A DNA stretch of 59,874 nucleotides from a virus (IMGVR_UViG_3300004202_000003:1-59874), one strand, 5' to 3'; shown: positions 1 through 10,274, counted from the first letter of the stretch. Numbers and translations: made by a program. Notes: generated by a model from the sequence alone, not told the origin.

Positions 1-91
1 CGCCGCCGCCGTCCGAGGACAACAGCGTGACGTGATAGACCACCTTCTCCTTGTCCTCGAATAGCTTGGTCACTGTCGCCGCATCTGCCAT
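1..91 (-). CDS. N-terminal part of a small virion-region protein that continues at the other end of the window (59556-59874)
   Basis: ATG at 91 with AGGAGAG RBS; reads MADAATVTKLFEDKEKVVYHVTLLSSDGGG and runs off the left edge. Confidence 0.75.
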   Translation of the reverse strand, partial: MADAATVTKLFEDKEKVVYHVTLLSSDGGG

Positions 92-110
92 GGTGCTCTC
101 CTTGAGTGAA

Positions 111-740
111 TTACCTGCCGCCGATGAGGTTCAGCGACGTGCGTGCCGGAGCGTTCGCGCTGCCGCGATCGGCCCGATATTCGGCCGCATAGATGGCGGC
201 CTCGAACTGGTTGCTGGAGTACTCGACCAATTCCGGTGCCGACCAGTCCTTTTTTGGCTGCGCGTAGAGCTTGGCCAGGACGCCGGCGGCGATCTTGTCT
301 TGGTAGAGGTTGTGGAACTCGTCGGGGTAGGTCGTCGCCGACTGCGACGGCCGCAGGGCCAGCCTGACGCGCAGCGTTCCAGCTTCGTCCGGTACCCGGC
401 GCAGCCCGATCTGCGTCGTGCCGACCACCACGGCCGCGCTCGGGCTTCCTGCCTCGGTATCCCGTAGCGGCGGGATAGAGCCCGGATCCGGCGTGTCGAT
501 CTCGACGTCATCGAGCTCGGCCTGCAGCAGCCAGGCGATCTCCATGCCGGTCGGCAAATCGGAAACCGTGTAATCGGCCGTGCTGGCCACCACGGCAATG
601 TCGGCCGGCGTGAAGCGATAGGCGCGTGACCGGTTGCAGAACTCGACGACGGTCTGCAGGATGGCGTCGTCGACCATCGGCAAGGGGCAGCCCGGGACAT
701 GCGGCTGCACCTTGGGCCGCAGCGCGGTCAGCGCGGCCAT
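111..740 (-). CDS. Putative head-tail adaptor / tail tubular protein
   Basis: 209 aa, downstream of capsid genes; overall pattern resembles podovirus adaptor proteins and the ORF at 56150-56746. Confidence 0.6.
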   Translation of the reverse strand: MAALTALRPKVQPHVPGCPLPMVDDAILQTVVEFCNRSRAYRFTPADIAVVASTADYTVSDLPTGMEIAWLLQAELDDVEIDTPDPGSIPPLRDTEAGSPSAAVVVGTTQIGLRRVPDEAGTLRVRLALRPSQSATTYPDEFHNLYQDKIAAGVLAKLYAQPKKDWSAPELVEYSSNQFEAAIYAAEYRADRGSANAPARTSLNLIGGR

Positions 741-743
741 GGT

Positions 744-1544
744 TTAGTCGGCCTTCTTTTCGGCGCGGGCGAACAACTCGGTCCGGATGCGTTCGCGCAA
801 CTTGTCGGCGCCGATGTTGGGGTGGAACTCGATGGCGTTCTGCTGGGCGAACTCCATCAGTTGCGGCCTGTCCAGCGTCGGCAGAAGCTCGTCGAGCGTC
901 GGCGCCGGATTGACGGGGGTTCCTGCCTCGCCTTGCGGCGTGCCGGCGCCTTCCGTGCCGTTCGCTGTCGGCTCGCCGGCGCCACCCGCTTGCGGTGTTT
1001 TGCCGGCGTTCTCGGCATCGGTCAGCATGACCTCCGTTGGGACAATCGCCAGCCGGACGGTGCCCTCGCGGTAGGCGGCTGCCTCTTCCGCGGTAGCCAT
1101 GTAGGTGATCGGCGTGCGGCCGTCCTCGGCCTGCTCGGCTGTCTTCCGCTCGGCTTCGAGATCCAGGCTGTGATTGGTCATCAGCGACAGCACTTCGCGG
1201 CGAATCTGTACCTCGTCCTTGCCGTCGGTCTGCACCACGCGATCGAGCTCGCGACGGGCGAAATGCACCATCTGCTCGACAGTCATGGCGTTGAGATTGA
1301 CGAAGGCGGCGACGTCATGCTGCTTGTTCATCGCGCGGCCCTTGCCCATGGTCAGGAAGGTGCCGCCATCCGCTGCAATCGGGGCGATCGCGAACGAATC
1401 CGTGTGCACCAGCAGCGCCTTGGCCAGCAATCCGCCGAAGTTATGCACCTGGCCGGGAAGCCATACCGCGCCGGTCTTGCAAACCGTGTCCTCCTGCCGG
1501 TCCTTCTTTCCGACATAGCGGATCCCGACGATCTGGTTGTTCAT
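744..1544 (-). CDS. Hypothetical protein of the head cluster (C-terminal small helical HeH-like region)
   Basis: 266 aa, AGGAG RBS, co-oriented in late operon. Confidence 0.65.
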   Translation of the reverse strand: MNNQIVGIRYVGKKDRQEDTVCKTGAVWLPGQVHNFGGLLAKALLVHTDSFAIAPIAADGGTFLTMGKGRAMNKQHDVAAFVNLNAMTVEQMVHFARRELDRVVQTDGKDEVQIRREVLSLMTNHSLDLEAERKTAEQAEDGRTPITYMATAEEAAAYREGTVRLAIVPTEVMLTDAENAGKTPQAGGAGEPTANGTEGAGTPQGEAGTPVNPAPTLDELLPTLDRPQLMEFAQQNAIEFHPNIGADKLRERIRTELFARAEKKAD

Positions 1545-1563
1545 GTAGGTTCTCCTGTAAGTG

Positions 1564-1591
1564 AAACGGGCGACCCCGAAGAGCCGCCCGT
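1564..1591 (-). terminator. Hairpin / weak intrinsic terminator after capsid and decoration genes
   Basis: ACGGGCG..TTCG..CGCCCGT followed by TTCAC on minus strand. Confidence 0.4.
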
Positions 1592-1614
1592 CTCGGTGCT
1601 GCTGGCTTCGCCTG

Positions 1615-2064
1615 TTACTGGACGCCCAGCGCTTCGCCTTCGACCTTGGCGTAGATCGTGCCGGTGGCGGCTTCCGTAGCGGCGCCGGTGCCGAACACGA
1701 TGGTCAGCCACGAATCAACCTCGACCCGATAGGGCGGGAAGATTTCGTAGGTCAGCGTCTCGGCGTTCTGCCCCCAGGCTCCGTCCGCCTTGATCGCGGT
1801 GTCGGCGCCCGAAACGGCGGCGCTGCCGTCGCAGGGCGTGAAACCGATCTTGGCGGTCAGGCTCGGCGAGCCGTTGCTGTCAAGCTCCGTGGTCTTGGTG
1901 ACGACGCGATGCACATCCGTGCCAGCCGGGACACGAACGAGCTTGACGATATCCGCGGCATCGATGTCGGCGTTGGTGACGGCGACGGAATCGACGAACA
2001 CGGAATTGTTGCCCCCGTCGCTGGAATACGCGGGGTTCTTGCTGGTGCTGGTAACGGTACCCAT
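1615..2064 (-). CDS. Putative capsid decoration/cement protein
   Basis: 149 aa beta-rich, A/T/G/V-rich protein immediately after the major capsid gene; AAGGAG RBS. Confidence 0.65.
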   Translation of the reverse strand: MGTVTSTSKNPAYSSDGGNNSVFVDSVAVTNADIDAADIVKLVRVPAGTDVHRVVTKTTELDSNGSPSLTAKIGFTPCDGSAAVSGADTAIKADGAWGQNAETLTYEIFPPYRVEVDSWLTIVFGTGAATEAATGTIYAKVEGEALGVQ

Positions 2065-2130
2065 GTGGAGACTCCTTGTAGATGGGGTTGCCGCCGACGA
2101 GGCTTACGCCGGCGGCTTACTGCGGGTTGA

Positions 2131-3438
2131 TCAGGAGACGGACAGCTTCACCGCGACGTCGACCGCCAGGACACCGTGATCCGTGGGGATCTTGGCGCCG
2201 GTCGAGTCGGGCACGTTGAAGCGAACCTTGGTCGCACCCTCCACGCCGAAGACTGCGAACTCGGGCTCGCGCTCGAAGTTGTGCAGCTTTTCAGCCCAGG
2301 AGTAGTGCGTACCGCTGGCGGCGTCCTTGCCGTAGGCGTTGGCCAGCGCCTGCGCACCCAGCACGACGCAGCGCTCGACGGCGTAGCCTGACGTCAGGCC
2401 GGTATTGACCTGTTGCGCGGTTTCCGTTGCCGTCGCGGCGTTGGCCGACGTGATGATCTTGGCGTAGTCGCTGGGCAGGAAACGGATTGCCCGGCTGATC
2501 TTCTTCACCAGGATGCCGTTCCACATGCCGACCTCGCCGCGGAACAGCGGATGCTTGCTGCCGTAGGCCGCGCGGGTAATCGCGTTCTGCTGGAAGGCGC
2601 GCAGGGAGCCCTCGGTCAGCAGCTGCGAATACACGTTCGGCGGGACCAGCATCACCCACATCGGATCGTCGCCAGCCGCGGGGTCATCGGGAATCTGGAC
2701 CGGCTGCAAAGTCAGTTCCAGGTTGTCGATGATGTTGCGGATCTGGTCGATGTGCGACAGCGTGAGATCGTCGGTCGAGGCGATCGAGGCCAGTTGCGCG
2801 CCGCCTTGCGTCAGACCGGTGCCGTTGACGACGTAGTGGCGGTTGTAGGTCGGCGCCAGGATCGGATTGACCATGATGTCGGCGAAGTCCGCATCGCCGC
2901 CGGACGAGGCACCCGAGGCGAACTGCAGCGGAACCACCCAATCGTTGCCGTTGACCTGCCCGCGGGCGCCGGCCAGATGGCAGAGCGTGCGCTGTTCGAA
3001 GTAGCGCGCGGCCAGACCCACGGCCTGCGAACGAGCCAGGCGACGCAGATCATGCACGGTGCGCTGCTGCGACATGCGACCGCCGGCGTTGACCGGGAAG
3101 GTCCATTGGTCGATCTTGACGTCCATGTTGCTGAAGGACATCGGCGTGCCGCGGCCCTCGGCGTTGCGGTCGCCCATGATCGGCTTCGCCGTGGCGATGT
3201 CGATGCAGTCCATTCGCGCCTGGTCGCCGGCGGTCTTGGTCAGGTCCATGATTTCGACGATCGGCATGCCCGGGGCAGATTGCAGCTTGGACAGCTTGCC
3301 GTCGACTTCGGCCATGGTGGGCTTGGGGCCGACCATGTTGCGGAACGTGCCGGCCTTCTTCTGAGTCTGCGCGAAGAGCGCGGCGCCGTAGATGAGTGCG
3401 GCTTGACTGGAGCCGCTGGCTACATTGGTTTGGGACAT
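2131..3438 (-). CDS. Major capsid protein (N4-gp56 / DUF4043-like)
   Basis: 435 aa; motifs DLTKTAGD, MSQQRTVHDLR, HPLFRGEVGMWNGILV, LGAQALANAYG, DHGV; follows scaffold. Confidence 0.9.
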   Translation of the reverse strand: MSQTNVASGSSQAALIYGAALFAQTQKKAGTFRNMVGPKPTMAEVDGKLSKLQSAPGMPIVEIMDLTKTAGDQARMDCIDIATAKPIMGDRNAEGRGTPMSFSNMDVKIDQWTFPVNAGGRMSQQRTVHDLRRLARSQAVGLAARYFEQRTLCHLAGARGQVNGNDWVVPLQFASGASSGGDADFADIMVNPILAPTYNRHYVVNGTGLTQGGAQLASIASTDDLTLSHIDQIRNIIDNLELTLQPVQIPDDPAAGDDPMWVMLVPPNVYSQLLTEGSLRAFQQNAITRAAYGSKHPLFRGEVGMWNGILVKKISRAIRFLPSDYAKIITSANAATATETAQQVNTGLTSGYAVERCVVLGAQALANAYGKDAASGTHYSWAEKLHNFEREPEFAVFGVEGATKVRFNVPDSTGAKIPTDHGVLAVDVAVKLSVS

Positions 3439-3456
3439 TTGCCTTCTCCTGTAATG

Positions 3457-3478
3457 AAAAAACCCGCACAGGGCGGGT
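3457..3478 (-). terminator. Intrinsic terminator-like hairpin between scaffold and capsid genes
   Basis: ACCCGC-CCTGT-GCGGGT-TTTTT on minus strand. Confidence 0.55.
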
Positions 3479-3501
3479 CTTCAGTGGGGTGAAAGGCCGG
3501 G

Positions 3502-4584
3502 TTAGCGGAGTCGGTTCAGCTTTGCCTCGATCTGCTCGGGAGTCATCGTCATGAATTCGGCAGTCAGTTGCGCGCCGGACTTGCCGAGCATCGCCGCTGC
3601 TTCATCTGTCGCCGGCGCGGATCCGCCGGGTATGTCTCCCAAGGAATGAGGCGCTGCTGCGCCGGACTTCTCCGCTGCGGCGAGTGCCGCTTCGGCCTTG
3701 GCCTTCAGTTCTGCTTCGGTAGGTGCCGCCGGCGATGCAGCCGCGGCCTGCGGTGCTGCCGTACCAGCCGGGAGAAGGTTGCCGCCATAGAGCGTTTTCA
3801 CGCCCTGCGCTGCGCGATTGATCAAGTCCGCGGTCGGGAGTCCGACCAGATCGGGATCGTTCGATAGCGCGCTGTAGGCATCGACCACGGTGTTCCACCT
3901 TGCGGTGGCCTTCGGGTCGTTGGCCGCCATGGCCGTGCGCAGCGCAACCAGTTCCGGATTGGCCGCGATGGCGGCTTCCTCGGCATCGATTCGCTGTTGC
4001 TCGGCTGATCTCTCCTGCACATCCTGTCCCGCCTTGATGCCTTTCACGGTCCCGGTCAGCTGCTCGATCATGGACATCTGGGCGCGAATGACTTTCGCCA
4101 CTCCCGGCAGATCCTGATCCAGTTGCGCCAGGTCTTCCTCGGAAAGCGCAGCTGCTGCGCTTTCGGCATCCGGCTTCTTCCCCGCCTGCAACTGCTTGAC
4201 TTCTTCGGCAAGGGCGGCGGCCGTGGCCTCGGCTTGCACGGCGCGGTTGCGTTCGCGCTCGAGCACCGAGTAGGGGATGGTGTGCTTCCCGTCTTGCGCA
4301 AGAACTTCCTTTTCGGGTTCGGCCGCACCGGCTTTCGCGGGTTCGGCGGTGCTTCCCGGCGGGGTTTCCGCAGGTTTCTCGGTCGGCTTGCCATCAGCGC
4401 CGGGCGTTGCGCTGGCATTGGTATCGCCCTGTTCGACCTTGAGTGCTGCTGCGGCTGCGGCGTCGTTGGCGTTGCCGGCCAGAGCGTCGAGTTGATCGTC
4501 GCTCATGTTGGCCAGCAGATCCGGGTTTGCCGCAAAGTTCGTGCTGCTGTCGGGTGTTGCTGGTGCTGCTGCAGGGGTTTGCAT
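3502..4584 (-). CDS. Putative scaffolding protein
   Basis: 360 aa Ala/Glu-rich coiled coil with DGKHTIPYSVL motif, just upstream of capsid gene. Confidence 0.75.
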   Translation of the reverse strand: MQTPAAAPATPDSSTNFAANPDLLANMSDDQLDALAGNANDAAAAAALKVEQGDTNASATPGADGKPTEKPAETPPGSTAEPAKAGAAEPEKEVLAQDGKHTIPYSVLERERNRAVQAEATAAALAEEVKQLQAGKKPDAESAAAALSEEDLAQLDQDLPGVAKVIRAQMSMIEQLTGTVKGIKAGQDVQERSAEQQRIDAEEAAIAANPELVALRTAMAANDPKATARWNTVVDAYSALSNDPDLVGLPTADLINRAAQGVKTLYGGNLLPAGTAAPQAAAASPAAPTEAELKAKAEAALAAAEKSGAAAPHSLGDIPGGSAPATDEAAAMLGKSGAQLTAEFMTMTPEQIEAKLNRLR

Positions 4585-4654
4585 CGCTGTTTCTCCGTCG
4601 CGGGTATTCGCCGCGGCCCGTCTCGCTGGGCTGCGTAGGAGGATGTGGGAAACG

Positions 4655-4675
4655 AAAAAGCCGCCCGGAGGCGGC
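4655..4675 (-). terminator. Intrinsic terminator
   Basis: GCCGCC-TCCG-GGCGGC-TTTTT on minus strand. Confidence 0.6.
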
Positions 4676-4716
4676 CTGCTCTTGGTGGCCTTATCGCTGG
4701 CCGTGCGTAGAAATCG

Positions 4717-5493
4717 TTATGCCGTGGTGCCCAGGTTGGCCCAGAGCACGGTGATGGTCCCGGTGAAGGTGCCGGTGATGGTGTTGTCGTGCGCGGCGTC
4801 GTCGTCGATCAGCAGGTTCAGGAACAAGTCGATCGCCGTAGCGGTGCCGTCGCGCCAGCGCGCGCCGCTTTCGGTCAGAGCCGTCGCCACCGATACCGCG
4901 TCGGTGGTGGCCACCTTCGCCACCGCCGTAGTGGTGGAAACCTTGGGCATGATCTGCCCCGTCTTGTTGGCCGCGTCCTGATGATCGGTCGGCGCCTCGA
5001 CGCCCAGGCCGATGTCGCCGTTCCAGGTGTTGATTGCTGGCGCCGTCAGCGTCACGGCACCGTCGATCACGGCTCCCATGATGTTGATGAGACCGGGCGG
5101 GAAGTCATAGACCTTGACGCCACCGTATTGCCCCTGCCCGGCTTCGTCGCCGAAGGTCAGCGGCGTCGCGGTACAGGTCAGGACGGTCTTGTGCAGCACA
5201 CCGTCCCCCTGCTCGACCACGGAAACCGTCGCGCCGTTCTTGGCACCGTTGCCCGACGTGGTGACCGGCGGCGCGGAAAGCGTCAGCGCACCCTGACTGG
5301 TGATCAGCGCGGCGAGCAGTGCCTCGACCGTCGTGTAGGCGGCACTCACCGTGAAGGCGTCGGGGTGCGCCGAGAAGTATTCGACGTCGCGCTCGAATAC
5401 CAGATGCGTCGTGCCGGCGAGCATTTGGACGACCAGCCCTGAAATGTCCGGGCCGGTGGTGTCGATCAGGGCGGTTACTTTGCGGATCTTCAT
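4717..5493 (-). CDS. Hypothetical Thr-rich structural protein between portal and scaffold
   Basis: 258 aa, GGAG RBS, beta-rich composition. Confidence 0.6.
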   Translation of the reverse strand: MKIRKVTALIDTTGPDISGLVVQMLAGTTHLVFERDVEYFSAHPDAFTVSAAYTTVEALLAALITSQGALTLSAPPVTTSGNGAKNGATVSVVEQGDGVLHKTVLTCTATPLTFGDEAGQGQYGGVKVYDFPPGLINIMGAVIDGAVTLTAPAINTWNGDIGLGVEAPTDHQDAANKTGQIMPKVSTTTAVAKVATTDAVSVATALTESGARWRDGTATAIDLFLNLLIDDDAAHDNTITGTFTGTITVLWANLGTTA

Positions 5494-5505
5494 GTCGGGT
5501 CTCCG

Positions 5506-7632
5506 TTATTGAAGTCTGGCGCCGATGTTGCCGACGATCTCGGCCAGCACGGCTACTTGCTCGGTCAAGTCCTTGATCATGGCCGCATCGACCGGACCGG
5601 CTGCCGTGGCTTCGGCCTGCGCCTTGGCTCGAGCTGCCTCGGCAGTAGTCTTCTCCACCTTCGCCTGCTTGTCGGCGAGGTCCAGCTCGACGGCGCGCTG
5701 CTGCAATGCCGCGGCCTGCTCTTCGGCGGCCTTGGCTTCGTCAGCGGCCTTCTGCTCTTCCGGCGTCTTGGGTGGCTCCTGGTCGCCAAGGTTCAGCCCC
5801 TTACGCAACCGCTTCACGATCTCGCTGCGCTGCGGGTCGTCACTGGCCGCCATCACGAAGTCGATCACCAGCATCTGCAGGTTTTCTGGCAGGCTCTTGG
5901 TCAGTTCGGTCAAGCGCAGGAAGCGCTGTTCTCGATAGCTGGCAGTGCCTGGCACGTCGGACAGCGCCACCTTGAGCCGGGCGCGCTGCACGTCGTTGGT
6001 GAGAATGGTCTGGTTCGGGTCGGTCGGATGCGGCGTCGGCACATTGAGTTTCACGGTCTTGGTGCCGTTGATCTCGTTCTCGATGTTGATCGCTGTCGGC
6101 TTGTCGCCGATGTCCTCGATGATCAGCGACATCAGCAAATCGCCCACCTGACGCCGCGCGAATTGATAGTTGTCGAAGATCTCGGCCAGCGTCTGTGTCG
6201 ATTGCTCGACCAGCGTGTTGGCGGCAACCCCTGAAATGCTCCCCTTCTGATTGCCCTCGAAACTGGCGTAAACGCCGGCGACGTTCTTGAGCGCCTGGCG
6301 CTTGTCGACCAGCGCGCTGTACTGCTGGCTGTTCAGCTGGAAGTCGGTTTCGACCTCGAATATGCCGCCTTGCGCTATCGCCTTCGGATCCAGAACGTGC
6401 ATAGCGTCGGGCCGCGCGGCTTCGCGTCGTACCGTTTCCGGCGAATCCTTGGTCACACCCTCGGTCATCTTGACGCGCTTGGCGGCCAGCAACCAGATCA
6501 TCTTGGTGTTGCGGGCGTTGATCTCGTCCTGCAGCGGCTTCATGGCACGGATCAGGCCGTAAGGCACGCCGGTCATGTCCTCGCGCTTGCCGAAGAACGG
6601 CACATACGGAAACTTGTCGTGCTTGTACGGCGTCGGCATGTCGGCCAGCTTGTGCGGTCCCACGAACCACGCCAGCCGCACCTTGGTGTAGAGCGCCGAC
6701 TGAACCTGCACCAGGTTGTAGGCCACGGCTTCGATGTGGTCGCGGTTCCGGCGGTCGAACTCGATCACGCGGCCGTCAGGCGTCTTCAGCACATGGCCAC
6801 GAATCCAGCGCCGGTACCAGACCTCTGACAGGCAGAGCCGCTTGCGGAAGGTGTCGCGCCACTCCTGCTCTTCATGTGTCCAGCCGCGCTCGCGGCCGTA
6901 GTCCATGGCCAGACCAGTGCTGCGCCCGCCATCGATCAGCATGGTCGGATCCATGCCGGACCAGCCGGCGCAGGACAGCTTGAGCAATTCAGCCTTGTCC
7001 GGGAACGCCTTTTCCACGACATCGACGTCATGCCAGCGCTTGCGCACCAGCCAGCGCCAGTCCAGCGTGTCGGGGCGCTTGCCGCGGAAGTCCCAGAAGA
7101 CCTCGTTGCGATGGACGTAGCCGACACGGTACGGGTAGAGGAAAGGGTTGTGCTCCCGAGCAACTTCCACCCAGCCCAGACCGGCCTTGGCTTGCGCGGC
7201 GAAGCCATCGGAACACGCGCGATCGGCCATGGTCTCGGTTTCGGCCTGCTTCATCCGGTAGTTCATCGCCTCGGCGACCTCGGAAAAGTCCTCGTCGGCG
7301 TTGGTGGCGATCTTCCAGTCGAGCCGCGTCTTGGCTTCCAATCCGAGCACTGCATCGATGGTCGGCGCCGTCAGGTTCTCGATGATGGGCGCCATGCCCA
7401 ACTCTTTCATGGCCGCCAGCGTCTCGGAATCAAGCTGATTGCCGTCGTAGTAGTCGGCCTCGATGTCGGCATTGGTGCGCCACGCCGGCTGCTCCTGGAC
7501 CTCCGAAATGATGTTCGCGAACTCGGCGGGCGTCATTTCGTCGGCAACATCGATCTTGGCCGACGAGGCGGACACAATGCGCCCGCCTTCTCCCGCCTGA
7601 TCGAGTCTTGCCTGTTCGCTCATATCGCCCAT
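5506..7632 (-). CDS. Portal protein (P22/933W-like)
   Basis: 708 aa after TerL; motifs DYYDGNQ, FPYVPFFG, PYGLIRAMKPLQDEINAR, SGVA; C-terminal coiled-coil barrel. Confidence 0.9.
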   Translation of the reverse strand: MGDMSEQARLDQAGEGGRIVSASSAKIDVADEMTPAEFANIISEVQEQPAWRTNADIEADYYDGNQLDSETLAAMKELGMAPIIENLTAPTIDAVLGLEAKTRLDWKIATNADEDFSEVAEAMNYRMKQAETETMADRACSDGFAAQAKAGLGWVEVAREHNPFLYPYRVGYVHRNEVFWDFRGKRPDTLDWRWLVRKRWHDVDVVEKAFPDKAELLKLSCAGWSGMDPTMLIDGGRSTGLAMDYGRERGWTHEEQEWRDTFRKRLCLSEVWYRRWIRGHVLKTPDGRVIEFDRRNRDHIEAVAYNLVQVQSALYTKVRLAWFVGPHKLADMPTPYKHDKFPYVPFFGKREDMTGVPYGLIRAMKPLQDEINARNTKMIWLLAAKRVKMTEGVTKDSPETVRREAARPDAMHVLDPKAIAQGGIFEVETDFQLNSQQYSALVDKRQALKNVAGVYASFEGNQKGSISGVAANTLVEQSTQTLAEIFDNYQFARRQVGDLLMSLIIEDIGDKPTAINIENEINGTKTVKLNVPTPHPTDPNQTILTNDVQRARLKVALSDVPGTASYREQRFLRLTELTKSLPENLQMLVIDFVMAASDDPQRSEIVKRLRKGLNLGDQEPPKTPEEQKAADEAKAAEEQAAALQQRAVELDLADKQAKVEKTTAEAARAKAQAEATAAGPVDAAMIKDLTEQVAVLAEIVGNIGARLQ

Positions 7633-7635
7633 GGC

Positions 7636-9102
7636 TTACATCAGTCTCCAGTTGTATTGACGTGGTTTCGCCTGGCGTTGCTCGACCGGGGCGACCCTGG
7701 CAAAGTCCCTGCTCATCCAGCCGTAGCGCGTCGCGCTGAGAACGTCGTCGTACAGCGCGACGATCTGGCCATCCTTGCGGTGATAGAGACGAAACTCGTC
7801 GAACCAATCGGACAGGTGCGCGAAGACCTTGAGACGTCCCGCGTTCATGTCATCCAGCATGCCGAGCACGCCAGCCTCGACCGATTGACGTATGGCCTTG
7901 GTCTCGTCCGGCGTGCCTTCCGGCGCGTGCTGGGCGTGCTGCACCAGCATGTTCAAGCCGCGATCGGCGTACTGGCGCTGCAGGATGATGCCGCTGCCCT
8001 TCTCATGCTGGTGACCGTCATGCGGCCAGGCGACGGGCATCCACGGCTTTTCGCCGCCACCGCAGCGCGGCTTCATGGCATCGACGTGCGTCGCCGGCGT
8101 CTGCTCGCGGATCTTGTAGCAGTCCGTGACGTACATGATCCCGGTGTCGTTGTCGAAGGCCAGCCACACCGCGGCAAATGGGTGGTCATAGCCGAAATCG
8201 ACCGCACACAGCCGTGGCCAGTGCGCCGGGATCGGAAACGGCGCCACCTTGATCACTTCCTCGTCGACCGGGAACACGCGGCCGGAGCCCAGCGTCGGAA
8301 TGCCCTTCGACCTGGCATCGCGTTCATGCGCCGGGAAACTCGCGATAATCCGCGCCCGCTCGTCCGCCGGAATGTGCTCGGCGTCCTCGATCGTCATGTT
8401 GGTGTCGGAGCGTTCCGGCGTCGGATCCACCAGGAACTGCCGAACGACCTCCGACATACCTTGCAGCGGCGTGAAGGACAGCGCCGACATGCCGCGCGTC
8501 GCGATGGTCCGCGCCAGACCCTCGGCGTAAATGTCCTGCGGCGGTTCCTCGTCGAACCAGACCAGATCGACCGGCGGGCCCTGCCACTTCCGTTGCCCCT
8601 GCGCGTAATACTTGAAGCGCAGCAGCGACCAGCCGCCCGACTTGTGCTTGACGCGAATGTAGTCGAACAACCCGGCCACGCCTGACGCCATGCCGTAGTC
8701 GCCGCCCAGACAGCGAGCCGGTATCGATCCAGTGCCCTCGTCGCCCGGCAGCCCAAGCAAGGCGCGCTGCGGGTTGTCGCGAGTGGATTCGCCGGTTTCC
8801 GATGACGCCCACGCCACAACAGGACGGGTCCAGACTCGTCCCGGCCACCACTCCGGATACTCGCCGGTCAGGTGATAAGCCCATTCGTTGCCGACGCAAA
8901 ACGTCTTGCCGTTCTGGTTGCCGGCGCGCAGCAATCGCTCGCGCATGATCCGGCCCAGCCGGTGAAAATCAAGCTGCTTCGGGTACGGCTTGTACGTCGC
9001 CAGTTTGTCCCGCGAAAGCTCGGCCAGTGCCTCCGTCAGAAGCGCGGCGCGAGCCTCTTCGGGTAGGGCATCGAGCCATTCAAACCCGGGTAGCGTGCCC
9101 AT
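7636..9102 (-). CDS. terL: Terminase large subunit
   Basis: Walker A AGNQNGKT, Walker B VWFDEEPP, SFTP motif, nuclease AVDFGYDHP and DDVLSATRY; start taken at MGTLPG (9102). Confidence 0.93.
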   Translation of the reverse strand: MGTLPGFEWLDALPEEARAALLTEALAELSRDKLATYKPYPKQLDFHRLGRIMRERLLRAGNQNGKTFCVGNEWAYHLTGEYPEWWPGRVWTRPVVAWASSETGESTRDNPQRALLGLPGDEGTGSIPARCLGGDYGMASGVAGLFDYIRVKHKSGGWSLLRFKYYAQGQRKWQGPPVDLVWFDEEPPQDIYAEGLARTIATRGMSALSFTPLQGMSEVVRQFLVDPTPERSDTNMTIEDAEHIPADERARIIASFPAHERDARSKGIPTLGSGRVFPVDEEVIKVAPFPIPAHWPRLCAVDFGYDHPFAAVWLAFDNDTGIMYVTDCYKIREQTPATHVDAMKPRCGGGEKPWMPVAWPHDGHQHEKGSGIILQRQYADRGLNMLVQHAQHAPEGTPDETKAIRQSVEAGVLGMLDDMNAGRLKVFAHLSDWFDEFRLYHRKDGQIVALYDDVLSATRYGWMSRDFARVAPVEQRQAKPRQYNWRLM

Positions 9103-9691
9103 TGATGACTTGGCCACCGCCGAGAGCCTGCAGCCGATCCACCATTGCCTGCAACACATCACGCGGCAGGTTGGCCAGCGCACCCATGCGCTGCTTGTTG
9201 TCCTCGGCGAACAGGCCCAGGTGCTTCATGGCCTTTTCGATTCCGCTGTTCTTGTCCCAGAACTTGACCTTCTTCGTGTAGCCGATGTGCTTGCGGCCTT
9301 TGCCCTTGCCATCGAACAACTCGTCGACCTCGATCGAGGCGACGGCGCCGGCCATGTCGTCCGGCCACTGGCGAATCGGCAGCAGCGCGCCGTTGTCGTC
9401 GAACAGCTTGCGCGGATCCGCGTGCACGATCTTCGAAAGCTCAGCCATCACCGAGTCGGTCGTCAGCCGATGTGCCCTGGCGAGCTCTTCCTGGCGCTCG
9501 CGGATCAGGCGCTGCACGTTCGGCCGTCCCAGCATGCGGACTGCCTGGCTCTTGGCGTTCGACTTGGCGTAGCCGGCGGTCAGCGCGGCGAGATCCCCGC
9601 GCTTGCCATTGGCGATGTATGCCTCGGCGAAGATGCGTTCGCGCTCCACCATGGCGACACGCCCCTTGGCGGCCGGCAACAACTTGGTCAT
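9080..9691 (-). CDS. terS: Terminase small subunit
   Basis: FAEAYI..AALTAGY..A.RML HTH pattern and KKVKFWDK; ATG 9691 overlaps the upstream stop (ATGA). Confidence 0.85.
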   Translation of the reverse strand: MTKLLPAAKGRVAMVERERIFAEAYIANGKRGDLAALTAGYAKSNAKSQAVRMLGRPNVQRLIRERQEELARAHRLTTDSVMAELSKIVHADPRKLFDDNGALLPIRQWPDDMAGAVASIEVDELFDGKGKGRKHIGYTKKVKFWDKNSGIEKAMKHLGLFAEDNKQRMGALANLPRDVLQAMVDRLQALGGGQVINGHATRV

Positions 9692-10059
9692 CGCAACATC
9701 CACACCACGCCAACCGCAGACGCAAGCGCGCTTGCTACCGCGGTCACGACCAGGCGAATCGCGGCCGTGCGCGCCTCGCGCTTGTCGGTCTTGGCGTTGT
9801 CGGCTGCCTCGACTTCCGCCTTGATCTTCTTGCCGATCCACTCGTGGTGCTCGTGATGCACTTCCTCGTGGCCATTCAAGACGGCCTGCCGAAGTTTTTG
9901 CTCATCGCTCAACAGATCATCGATCTTCTTGCTGATCGCGGCGATGCCTGCGTTCGTGGATTCGAATACGCCCAGCATCAGCAGCAGGGTTGTCCGGCGG
10001 TCCTCGTCGTTTTCCTTGGCGATCTTGGCCTTCAGCTCGCTCGCGACGTCGAAGCTCAT
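9688..10059 (-). CDS. Coiled-coil protein with C-terminal transmembrane helix (lysis-region accessory)
   Basis: MSFDVASELK...AIRLVVTAVASALASAVGVVWMLR; ATGA coupling on both sides. Confidence 0.6.
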   Translation of the reverse strand: MSFDVASELKAKIAKENDEDRRTTLLLMLGVFESTNAGIAAISKKIDDLLSDEQKLRQAVLNGHEEVHHEHHEWIGKKIKAEVEAADNAKTDKREARTAAIRLVVTAVASALASAVGVVWMLR

Positions 10060-10274
10060 TTCTGCTGGCCTCCCACAGCCGCCTCGCGGCACTTGAAGTA
10101 GATCCCGATGACCTCGATCAGCTTGTCCACGGTGCCGCCGAAGGTGTCGTCGGTCAGCGCCGGCAGCGTTTCCGGGCAGACCGTCACGGCGACGGGGTTG
10201 CCTGGGTCCGGTTTCACATTGCCCGGGCAGCCGGTCAGCAGCAGCGACAGCATGAGGATGGCGGCGTATCTCAC
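10056..10274 (-). CDS. Putative o-spanin (Rz1-like lipoprotein)
   Basis: Lipobox LLTG-C, Pro-rich mature part, follows i-spanin. Confidence 0.75.
   Translation of the reverse strand: MRYAAILMLSLLLTGCPGNVKPDPGNPVAVTVCPETLPALTDDTFGGTVDKLIEVIGIYFKCREAAVGGQQK

Noticed and set aside
6874-8685. Long antisense ORFs (this 603-aa one and others such as 2413-3492, 27267-28658, 38756-40027, 41297-42628)
   Set aside because: Shadow frames of high-GC genes with clear motifs on the other strand
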